A stretch of DNA of 63,708 nt from a virus. Lineage: Duplodnaviria; Caudoviricetes. The position numbers were made by a program, and so were the translations under genes. Shown in pieces: positions 9,701 to 16,461 of the stretch. The notes below the pieces were generated by a model that had not been told where the DNA came from, ran no database searches, and saw only the letters and a program-made list of their open reading frames with translations. Positions within the stretch are counted from its first letter, which is position 1. Each line of letters starts with the position of its first letter. The stretch spans positions 1 to 63,708 of IMG/VR virus record IMGVR_UViG_3300042938_000824; one strand, given 5' to 3'.

Positions 9701-12700
9701 GCTGTCGAATTTCCCCCGGCACACGGTTGTGCAGGTAGACAAGATTTCCGACAACGAAGTCGATGAAGTCTTCGGCGATCTGGTCCGGGATTGTCGCCGT
9801 GGTGCGGAAGCCGGGGTACGACTTCACAATTTGCATGTTAGCCGCAAATTTGGCGGGGTCCGCCTTCATCGCCGCGAGGTCGATGATCAGGTTGTCGGTC
9901 AACGGATTTTGCCGCGCCAGACCTCGTATGGTCGTGGGCTGGCGCGTTGAGATACGGTCGGGCGTGTCGCCGTTGGGCATCATGCGCGTCTGAAGAACGC
10001 CGCGGCTGTACCGCGTCTCGTCGCCGATGCCCGACAGGTCGATGATGTCTTCGCGCGGCTGAACCGGTTCGACCAGCGCCTCGGGCGGCAGCAGTGCCGC
10101 CTTCTGTTCAGCGAACTCGCGCATGTTCGGCGGCACGTAGCCAAGGGCGTCCGGTGCCGCGATGCTGCCATCGGTCAGACGCATCTTCGGGCCAGCATTC
10201 TGCCACGCCGACTGGGCCAGCATCTCGGTGGCGAGGGCGCGTGTGCCCTGATCCGAGTACATGCCCTTGAGCGTGTGGTACGCGCGGTAGTCGCCCAGCT
10301 GGCTGGGGACAGCACCCACCGGCGCGTAGCCATACACCTCGGCCACGACGCGCAGCAGATCACCGTTCGAGAGCGAGGAGCCATCCGGCGTGGTGATGCC
10401 CGACGGTTCCTGCATGGGGTGGTTACGGCGTGAGGGGTGGGGCGGGAACAGCTCGTTGCTGAGCCGCATCTTCACCTGACCATTGTCGGCGATGTCGTCG
10501 ATCAGTTCGCGCTGGTTGAGATACGGCTGGCCATTCTCCCGCCACGGCACGACCTCGACGTTGAGCGTGTTGAAGATGGCCTTGGTTTCGGCGACCAGCG
10601 ACGAGTACGCCTTGCCGACCGCGATGTTGCTGGGCTCGTGCTTGGCCTTGTCGTAGGCGTCGGCTAGCTTCATCAGGAAGCCTGCGTCTGGCGTGTCCCT
10701 GTTGGGCGTCGGCGACAGGTTGAGGTCCGTCTTGGCCTTCTCAAGCAGATCCTCGACGCGGTCGAACGAGCCGCGGGGCCCGACCATGAAGTCGTCACTC
10801 GGCGTCGTGCCAAGCACCGAACGGGGCCCGACGCGACCGACGCGGTCTTCGGCGGCCTGCTCGCGGGCCTGAAGGAACTCGCGCTGCGCCGCGAGCGTTT
10901 CTTCGGGCGTCGTTGCCACAGCCATGTCGGCTCTGGCCTTCTCCATCATTTCGACGGCGGCACCGCGGTACGACAGCGGTGCCTTGATGCGCGACCGCGC
11001 CAGCGTGCCGGTCTCGATGCTGCGGAAGATGTCGTCCGGCACCGAGCCAACCAGACGCTTGAACCACTCGACGATCTTCTCAAGAGCGGTGCGCGGCACG
11101 CCGGTCACGGCCCGCCTGTTGGCGGCCCACATGCGGAACGCTTCGGCGATAGCCTCTTCGACAACGACGTCGGGGCGGTCCCGTAGGTCGGGGTTGGTGT
11201 CGAACGCCGTCTCGAGGTACGTCTTGCCCGTCTTCGGGTGCGTTGCCTTCTCGACGTAGTTGGACAGAATTGACCACGCCCGTGTGCGGGGGGCCAGAAC
11301 ACCAGCCTCGCGGAGGGCGTGGACGGTTTCGTGGTCCATCACGCCAGCCAGCGCTTCGACGACCTCGTCGGTCGACATGTTGGGGTCGAGGTTCTCGACC
11401 GACAATTCGATGAGCTGATTGAGGTACGAACCCTCGATGCCACCTTCGCCTTCCTTGTCGGTGATCGCCAAGACGATCTGGACGCGGTTGCCGATCAGGG
11501 GCAGGGCGCGGCGGTTGGCCTGCTCGTTAAGCTTGTCGACGATCTCCTGCAGTCTGCCCTCTACCACCTTGGGGGTCGGGACGATCTGCTGGCGCGACCG
11601 CGCGATGACCGACGGTCGCGGCGCGCGCCCCGACGCGCGTGCTGCGGCCACTTCGTCTGCTATCTCTTGAAAGGCTTCTGGCCCCGTTCGAACGCGTGGC
11701 GGTGCGGCTCCTCGCGCCGTAAATCTTTCGGCTTCCGCCCGTGCGGTGTCTTCGGCGACGTGCGTACTGACGACAGCGCGGTCAACCAGATTGCCTTCGG
11801 CGTCGTAGCGGTTCTCGTAGACGGCGTAGCCCGGTCGGCCATCCATCGCCTTGCCTTCGGCGTCGACACCGCCGCGCGCAACTTCCACCCTGCTGGCCGG
11901 GAGTTGTTCAGCCTTCTCGCGCTCGCGGATCCCGCGCACGGCGTCCTTAGCCGCGACCTGATCCTCGAAGACACCGACGACCTTGCCGTCCTTCTTGACG
12001 GCAATGGTATCTAACGACACAGGGGCAACAGTGAAGGTCTTCAGCGGCGACTGGGTAGACGGGGCAGCGGGTCGTTCGTACGGCTTGAAGGTTCCGGGAC
12101 GGGTACCCGGCACCAAGTCGCCGCGCTGGACCATCTCGTCGCGGATCAGCTTGGCCGCGGCGGGTGTTGCGCCGGTCGCGTCCTGCAGACCCTTGAGAGT
12201 GAAGCGGCCAGCCGAGCGAACGGAGGCAACGCCTGCGCCATACTGCTCTTCGGTAAAGGGGCCAGTGCGCGCGACGGCGCTTTCCTGCGCCGGGCGCGTC
12301 GAAGACGCGAGGCCCTGCTCGCCGGTCAGCGGCTTGCGGGCGAGGATCAGTGCGTCGATGAAGCTTTGGTCGACCTTGGCATTCTTCATGTCGGCAACCG
12401 ACACGGGTGCATCCGGCTGACGCCCGGTACGCATCCGCCACAGGTTTACCTTGCCCGCGACGTCGGGGCCAACCTCGGACATGCTGAACGAGCCGATGGG
12501 CGTGGTGACTTCGCGGGCAGTGCCCAGCGTGGCCCGGGTGCGGTCGGCGGCCTTCTGCGCGATCTGCTCTTCGGTCGGCGAAAGCTTGATCGTCTGCTGC
12601 CGCGCGACGATGGGCGACACGATGTCTTCTGGTGCGGATGGGGGAGGCAGCGCCAACCGCTTCTCGCGCTCAATAGCCTTCGGCTGCGCCGCTACGTTGC

Positions 12701-13925
12701 CGAGCGTTTCCGCGATGCCGGGGTCGGCACCGGTGGGCACACCGAAGTTGGACCCAACGACCCTCTCGGTCGTCGGCGCGGCCTTGTCGTCGGGAACAAA
12801 GGGGCCCTGCGTAATCCGGTCGACGGCACTGACACCGCTCTGCGTGATACCGCCGCCAAAGGCCCCCGATAGGATCGCGGTCGTCAGCCGGTTCGAGGCC
12901 TCGGACCAAGTCATCTCTGGCTCAATAAAACCTTTGTCGAGCCCGATCTGGAGTAGAGCGGTAACGCCTTCCGACAGCCCTTCGGCTGCGACCTGCTCGC
13001 CAAGCTTGCGGAAGAACCGGCCCGGCCCCTGCTGCAGCAGCAGTCCGATGGGTAGGGCGGACGGGATTGCCTCGGACGCGCCAGACAGAACCCCGTACAG
13101 CGCGGCGTCGTTCGGGGAAAGACCTTCATCGCGCCCACGACCATAGCTCTGGCCTTGTGTCATGAGCTGGGCCTGCGCCAACACGGGAGCAGGGGTCTTC
13201 AGGAGAAGCGACGCAGCTATGGCAGGGGCCAGCTGGGCCGTCGAGCTTACAGCCGATACGCCAGCGCCAATAATGGAGCCGGGGACGACATTGACAGGAA
13301 TGCGTTCCGCCTCAATCTTCTTGCGTTCTTTCGCGCCTTCTTTTTCGAGCGCCTGAACACGCTCGTACGATGTACCCAACGGCCTGAAGTTTGGATCCTG
13401 CCCCTTCAACGCGGCTTCAAGCTCCGCCTTGCCCTGCGGCGTCTTGATGAAGGCCTCGACCTGAGCAGTCTGCGCCGGGTCGAGAATGTCGCGACCAGTC
13501 CCAGCAGGTTGTATGCCGAGCCTGCCCGAAGCCCAGCGGATCAGGTTCTGCTCGTCGAAGGAGGCTGTTCGGGTGGCGTTTAGCTTGTATTCGGGGCCGA
13601 TCTGCGCAAGCAGCTTGTCGGGGTCTCCAGCGGAGCCCTCGAAAAGCTGCTGCTTTATGCCGGAAAAAGCCTGCGGAAAATCGGACGCAAAAGCGTTAAT
13701 CGCCGACTTACCTGCAGCAACAAACGGGTTGTCGGCTTTACTCTTCCGCTCAAGGATATTCTGAATTTCGTTGGGGTACTTGGAGCTGATCAGTTCGGCG
13801 ATACGCTGCGGGGTTGTACCCGGCTTAAAAGCAACAAGCTGCCCATCGGGCATCTCTACAACGATGTCGTTTTCGGGCTGCTGTGGAGCCGTCGGAGGCC
13901 CGTAAGGTGACGCGCCAAACGACAT
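3780..13925 (-). CDS. Giant 3381-aa polyvalent virion/ejection protein (wHTH, zincin HExxH, HhH-like glycosylase, duplicated HDxxGH domain, ParB-like, ART-like, LPD38-like C-terminus)
   Basis: Last gene of the late operon after the ejection proteins; HETVH 11319-11333, KVRNF..VTIDTH ~9120-9195, HDAFGH ~7917-7934, WFKQSAVVDESG..GYDGIVY..DIRYSR ~6575-7070. Confidence 0.85.
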   Translation of the reverse strand: MSFGASPYGPPTAPQQPENDIVVEMPDGQLVAFKPGTTPQRIAELISSKYPNEIQNILERKSKADNPFVAAGKSAINAFASDFPQAFSGIKQQLFEGSAGDPDKLLAQIGPEYKLNATRTASFDEQNLIRWASGRLGIQPAGTGRDILDPAQTAQVEAFIKTPQGKAELEAALKGQDPNFRPLGTSYERVQALEKEGAKERKKIEAERIPVNVVPGSIIGAGVSAVSSTAQLAPAIAASLLLKTPAPVLAQAQLMTQGQSYGRGRDEGLSPNDAALYGVLSGASEAIPSALPIGLLLQQGPGRFFRKLGEQVAAEGLSEGVTALLQIGLDKGFIEPEMTWSEASNRLTTAILSGAFGGGITQSGVSAVDRITQGPFVPDDKAAPTTERVVGSNFGVPTGADPGIAETLGNVAAQPKAIEREKRLALPPPSAPEDIVSPIVARQQTIKLSPTEEQIAQKAADRTRATLGTAREVTTPIGSFSMSEVGPDVAGKVNLWRMRTGRQPDAPVSVADMKNAKVDQSFIDALILARKPLTGEQGLASSTRPAQESAVARTGPFTEEQYGAGVASVRSAGRFTLKGLQDATGATPAAAKLIRDEMVQRGDLVPGTRPGTFKPYERPAAPSTQSPLKTFTVAPVSLDTIAVKKDGKVVGVFEDQVAAKDAVRGIREREKAEQLPASRVEVARGGVDAEGKAMDGRPGYAVYENRYDAEGNLVDRAVVSTHVAEDTARAEAERFTARGAAPPRVRTGPEAFQEIADEVAAARASGRAPRPSVIARSRQQIVPTPKVVEGRLQEIVDKLNEQANRRALPLIGNRVQIVLAITDKEGEGGIEGSYLNQLIELSVENLDPNMSTDEVVEALAGVMDHETVHALREAGVLAPRTRAWSILSNYVEKATHPKTGKTYLETAFDTNPDLRDRPDVVVEEAIAEAFRMWAANRRAVTGVPRTALEKIVEWFKRLVGSVPDDIFRSIETGTLARSRIKAPLSYRGAAVEMMEKARADMAVATTPEETLAAQREFLQAREQAAEDRVGRVGPRSVLGTTPSDDFMVGPRGSFDRVEDLLEKAKTDLNLSPTPNRDTPDAGFLMKLADAYDKAKHEPSNIAVGKAYSSLVAETKAIFNTLNVEVVPWRENGQPYLNQRELIDDIADNGQVKMRLSNELFPPHPSRRNHPMQEPSGITTPDGSSLSNGDLLRVVAEVYGYAPVGAVPSQLGDYRAYHTLKGMYSDQGTRALATEMLAQSAWQNAGPKMRLTDGSIAAPDALGYVPPNMREFAEQKAALLPPEALVEPVQPREDIIDLSGIGDETRYSRGVLQTRMMPNGDTPDRISTRQPTTIRGLARQNPLTDNLIIDLAAMKADPAKFAANMQIVKSYPGFRTTATIPDQIAEDFIDFVVGNLVYLHNRVPGEIRQRSKLWYDGARTITERWARQYNLPDYVVAGVLASLSPQKDWYQNVSLAERVLDIYTSFTTGNNRAFTPTPEMAATAQRIYAKPDYANDVQTVLNGTLTDMPDDLTKAMWVRIYDETYNPRGFRTVSPEGEFIGQPEGNVAWGSNVEIAKAISAIGNPTRDNVSERMGEKHKVRNFYNNILAPKAPWGDVTIDTHAVAAALIRPLSGSSPEVHHNFGSSPGVSKQPLGWIAARNIADNGAQGTYGIYAEAYRRAAEQLGILPRELQSITWEAIRGLFPAVDKRNAGKVQQVLNVWNAVKTGALDVGAARTQIEALAGGINDPTWLGPDSGSAAAARPTSYEGELARARVQRSGTGQLAADRGYARGADGSTSGQSVPGRGDFYLYSRGIKYGPAEQSRLPSRDGGGRIPTPSSTPLEGAPNVAGASGPDARLLAVAEQYARDNGIDLRRQSEFVEVDPKRAARIAAAYDVMPHAPTDPKVVAAYQDLIRQTVAQYRALEQAGYQFYFRDPDGRDPYEGQQGGFGNPWNAMRDLRANKRMAVFPTSDGFGSGATDVDVTGNPLLQSTDIKWAWGSPTGPLRNVTANDLFRAVHDAFGHGLEGAGFRARGEENAWQAHVRLFQGPAVGAITTETRGQNSWLNYGPYGEKNRSASVEDTVFADQKTGLMPEWTWLDGRAGNMGELTAANSYNVGSPEFYAMLDDVVPGGKYYGDPKRSAAAVVSPADTSAPAFSETRDGNAFFGGDVAYQQLQMARDGDRGAVLVYMNPEDFLRLADPAPVREQALYNAAANDGLKFNTMPSLVVESGKVGAVPVMNSDGVGMARALVGKSTAMPVVLYPSGKGQIENADTLTANGSLVDMLGMYEFDIERRGPRQGLSSVAFNSWFKQSAVVDESGAPKRVYDLGTPDSNLGVFDTRASEFRSHFGSVDQANTQGDRGPGYPSYLSIQNPLALVDDGSFKTDAVAKQLLDLGVIDADFYRSVMDNTVNGPVALQDAVMEAGYDGIVYRTEPDGPDAYITFQPTQAKAAVADRGSWSAAGSDIRYSRGRPRARVTPHGGMVHRNIYDRVQGWFSTNLHNFGRSKRAIPIAGSIFDLRINFQDNFLPIKEYYDELVRKGLPIPADLNAYIVEQSVGSAAAFQVQQRERQFITPLTDAMKAGIKAKRFTYDDVIDFLYALHAPERNDYLRARGSKKPDPSGMTDAVAAKIIADARAKGTFTDLMAISRMADDIVADINQTRLATGQITADVLAASPFQHWVPLRDTEDTDPNDFITKPPRADGVGRGFTSWGKRPDKRMFGRTSKAGDIVANLVSLQAVTVMRGERARVGKALVDTIRQAQAAGVQGSISILTQYPKRLAYGADGMIREIVDPSFRNDPRFLVFKIDGKDVILQTDDMYISNALRSPMIEQFGKLLQIMMWVRRTYTALITSRNPNFVLTNFVRDAQEALINAAQYDVKNLIPKMVASIPQAAIAISEYQLNQKAPPGSGKMTRHYEEMVQNGWIVSFLAPTDLATTINKLRRDAGALEGGKAVVAKAGQAVDYALAKWDGLNNVAEGTMRLGLYSAMRDAGASITEAGVAAKNLTINFNKGGKYKQLMDTGYLFASVVTNGMAVAGSALKSKAGLGILTGVIGMAVLLDALNRAVSDDEDENGIKDYDQMSEDELARNIVLPVHKFGVPGITQPLKIPMAIGVYGAIYNLGRNINRAIDSFTNPRQPIKADGAMGRAVTAMVGAISPIGSSSNPAVVISPWFVDPLVELASNKNWADMDIVPPTYDETKPMSERFYRSTDGTFVWAAQKLNDLTGGNAMRKGGLDWSPEHLQYWFEFATAGTGKFLLDAKYMLTEAPLAVIAGEEVDLGKIPVIKRFVTGTSTKRGAQDIYYDLAGEVKTTENELEDKELRASGKTRIASSSRVRSAFDRADRQLKDLRKKLRAAMDNKTMTQTARLKKVSDIRDDMAEVMNRAVAAYYDEAEKRAKVN
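8339..8536 (-). CDS. Second nested 65-aa gene in the +1 frame of the giant gene
   Basis: GAGGAaTAAagtATG: starts 3 nt after the stop of the first nested ORF; acidic patch then helix AVRLLKARQMLQEHRAR. Confidence 0.5.
   Translation of the reverse strand: MDQRNSRGSPPETEEDGYRPQAVRLLKARQMLQEHRARTRASSPSQSNTLGTTASTSGVNPNLSR
8540..8749 (-). CDS. Nested 69-aa gene in the +1 frame of the giant gene (candidate immunity protein)
   Basis: AGGAGG-catca-ATG; MTRLGSDPIVVALQRLGRPLTRENWLALAF..; hand-counted GC3 48/69 in this frame vs 33/69 in the host frame. Confidence 0.7.
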   Translation of the reverse strand: MTRLGSDPIVVALQRLGRPLTRENWLALAFSGPVPDNWQQIVDMPEELMDLPPGKAYRGGVTSISTAEE

Positions 13926-13952
13926 GTGCCGAGTGCTCCAAGCTATTCTAGG

Positions 13953-15104
13953 TTAGAAAAAGTCTTCGGCCTTGAGTATAGCCCCGCTGGGTAGGGCTGT
14001 CGAGCCGCCCGGCGCGCCGACGCCAACCTTGTCCAAGTTCTCTTCGACCTTATCAGCGAACGACCCGTAGTCGGGGTAGTTCAGTCGGAACTCGTTAACG
14101 GCTTCGCGCTTGATGAGCTGCTGAAGCTGCGCGCGTCCGGCTGCTACTTCTGTCGGGTCTGCGCTGTCGAGAAGGTCGCGAATGGTCGATGGCACAGCCT
14201 CTGTAGGCATGCCATCGGAAGCAACATACCGGCGCTCTACGGTTTTGTTGAGCGTGTTGAAAGCGTTGGAGATGCGCAGGTTTTCGTTAGCCTGATTAGT
14301 GGTCCGAATTTCATCGTAAGCCGTGCGCTGCTCAGGGGTAGCTTCTTCGTACCAGAGCGCCTCGCGAACATCCGCAGGCATGAGCTGCTGCTCCGACAGG
14401 CCCAACTGCTTGGTCTGCATATCGCGGCTAAACGCGCGATCCTGCTCAGAGCGCTGGTCCTGCTCCATCTGGCGAGCAAGGTCGATCTGATCCCGCATGG
14501 CCTGCATTTCCTGCGTGTTCAGGCGCTCCATCGATTGCTGGTAGGATGGCAGCGCGGCGCTCAGACCAGTGCCGACATTGCTCAGCGTGTTGCGCGAGCG
14601 GCCAGCCATGATCTGCGCGCCGATGTTCATCAGCGCCATCTTCTGAGCCGTCTTGCGGTCTTCGTCAAAGCCAGACAGGCGCTGGCCGTAGGCCGATACC
14701 AAGTCAGCCAAACCCCCATCGGCGTAGCCCACCGGCCCGCCTTCGGCGTACCCGACCATACCGCCGTTGGCGAAGGCCTGCTGCTGCGGCTGGGGCATGG
14801 CGGCGTCAATGCCAGCCGTCGGCATACCGCCACCACCCTGCATCATACCGCCCATCGGCATACCGCCGCCGGGCATCGCTGCGTCGATGCCAGACGGCAT
14901 CTTCTGGCCCATCAGTTCTTCGGCGACGGTCGGCTGGTTGGCGCGGTACTTGGCGTTGGCTGCTTCGTATCGCTCTCGAGCCGACTTGCGCCGGTTGACC
15001 TCGGCGAGCACCAGATATGGCGGCACACTCCCGCCGCCCATCTCGCCCTTGAGGGCGTCGTCGGCGAGGCCGCGTAGGATATTCTGCTGCTCGATCAGGT
15101 TCAT
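13953..15104 (-). CDS. Internal virion/ejection protein
   Basis: Helical, Q/A/M/G-rich; triple [FY]A[NED]GG motif; position before the giant gene. Confidence 0.65.
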   Translation of the reverse strand: MNLIEQQNILRGLADDALKGEMGGGSVPPYLVLAEVNRRKSARERYEAANAKYRANQPTVAEELMGQKMPSGIDAAMPGGGMPMGGMMQGGGGMPTAGIDAAMPQPQQQAFANGGMVGYAEGGPVGYADGGLADLVSAYGQRLSGFDEDRKTAQKMALMNIGAQIMAGRSRNTLSNVGTGLSAALPSYQQSMERLNTQEMQAMRDQIDLARQMEQDQRSEQDRAFSRDMQTKQLGLSEQQLMPADVREALWYEEATPEQRTAYDEIRTTNQANENLRISNAFNTLNKTVERRYVASDGMPTEAVPSTIRDLLDSADPTEVAAGRAQLQQLIKREAVNEFRLNYPDYGSFADKVEENLDKVGVGAPGGSTALPSGAILKAEDFF

Positions 15105-15113
15105 GTCCGCGCC

Positions 15114-16031
15114 TTACAGGAAGAAGCCCGCGCCAGCCGTCACCGCCCCGATGAGCTGCGACAGGAAGTCGGGTGCTGGCTGGGTAGTGGTCTGGGTCGT
15201 AGTCGGCTGGATAGGCTGGCCGTAGAGCAGCGACGAGTACTTCGAGAGTTGCTCGTAGGGGTAATCGCGCTGCCTCTGGAAGTCCTGATACGCCAGATCA
15301 AGGCCAGCCTGCTCGCGCTGCTGCTCCTTCGCGCCGATGCCAGACAGCGCCTCGGCTCCAGAGAAGCCGTACTGCTGCAACATCTTCTGCAGGTCAGCGC
15401 CGGTCTTCGCAGCGTCAAGAGACAGGCCAGCGCCCATGCGGCGGCTTTCTTCGTTGGCCATCTGGGCCTGAAGGTTACGCGCCTGATCCGAGGTGAACAA
15501 ACCGCTCGCCGTATCGAAGCCGCGCTGCAGGCCTTCGGCCTCGATGCCCTGCATCTGCTGGTTCAGGTCGCGCTGGGCGAGGCTGTCCTGAACGAAGCGG
15601 CGGTTGCCGCCAAAGGCACCAGCTTGGATGGCGGACGCATCGCGGCCAGCCTGCTGTTCCTGATACGCCTGCTGAGCACGCTGCTTCTGCACATCCAGCA
15701 CGTTCTGGATGTAGGGGTTCATGTACCCCTGAATGTTGGCCTGCGTAAAATCCTGCGTCGAGATCTGACCCGGCTGGAAGCCGGAAACGCCCTGCGCCGT
15801 CTGCATGGCGTTAGTGATGCCGGTCGGATCCTGACCGGCGGTGTCGCGCATCTGGGTGAATGCGGCCTGCGTGTCGGGGGAGAACTGGGCCAGACGCTGA
15901 CCGCCATACTGCTGGTACGGCATGGTCGATACCGTCTCGGCACGGGGCAGGAACCTGTCGACGTACGGCTTGATGTACCCCGGCAACTCGCTTGTCGTAG
16001 TAGTCGTGGTGCTGTCGTCGCCCTTAGACAT
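15114..16031 (-). CDS. DNA pilot/ejection protein
   Basis: Thr-rich N-terminus, YMNPY, AGAFGG, Gln-rich coiled coil, hydrophobic C-terminus. Confidence 0.7.
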   Translation of the reverse strand: MSKGDDSTTTTTTSELPGYIKPYVDRFLPRAETVSTMPYQQYGGQRLAQFSPDTQAAFTQMRDTAGQDPTGITNAMQTAQGVSGFQPGQISTQDFTQANIQGYMNPYIQNVLDVQKQRAQQAYQEQQAGRDASAIQAGAFGGNRRFVQDSLAQRDLNQQMQGIEAEGLQRGFDTASGLFTSDQARNLQAQMANEESRRMGAGLSLDAAKTGADLQKMLQQYGFSGAEALSGIGAKEQQREQAGLDLAYQDFQRQRDYPYEQLSKYSSLLYGQPIQPTTTQTTTQPAPDFLSQLIGAVTAGAGFFL

Positions 16032-16461
16032 TGAATGCGTCCCCGTCGAAGTTCATTTCACATACCACCATTGAGGGCATCCATCCATAGGCGGCCAATG
16101 CTTTCGACCAGCCGTGACGACCGTACATCTCGAGGCCGTCAAGGCCGCTGTCTTTGGCAAAGTCTCGCAAAGTGCTGGTCAGGTTCTCAAGCCACTCGTT
16201 CATACGGTTGCCGCCGAGGCACTCGACGACCAGCATCTTCTTGAGCGGGTACTGGGCAACGCGCGTCGTTGCAACCGCCGCGATGTCGGGGCCAGCGGTC
16301 GTGGCCCACATGAGGTGGCTACCGCTCATGACGGAGGCGTAGACTGTCGCGTCGGACATACGACCCCCCGACCGCGCGATGGCGGGTGCCAGCATCGGGA
16401 GTGCCAGAGGCCAGAACTGCTCGACCTCCTGTCTCGGTATGATGCCGGTGGTCCATGTCAT
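16024..16461 (-). CDS. Conserved tail-region protein, probable GNAT-like fold
   Basis: LGG..M..W and GR.GW motifs; position next to ejection genes. Confidence 0.5.
   Translation of the reverse strand: MTWTTGIIPRQEVEQFWPLALPMLAPAIARSGGRMSDATVYASVMSGSHLMWATTAGPDIAAVATTRVAQYPLKKMLVVECLGGNRMNEWLENLTSTLRDFAKDSGLDGLEMYGRHGWSKALAAYGWMPSMVVCEMNFDGDAFNV

Noticed and set aside
3780-13925. Other alternative-frame ORFs inside the giant gene (e.g. 7415-7690, 9392-9754, 11660-12004, 6851-7261)
   Set aside because: S/T/R/P-rich shadow composition, no convincing SD seen, and the host frame keeps its codon bias there, unlike 8339-8749
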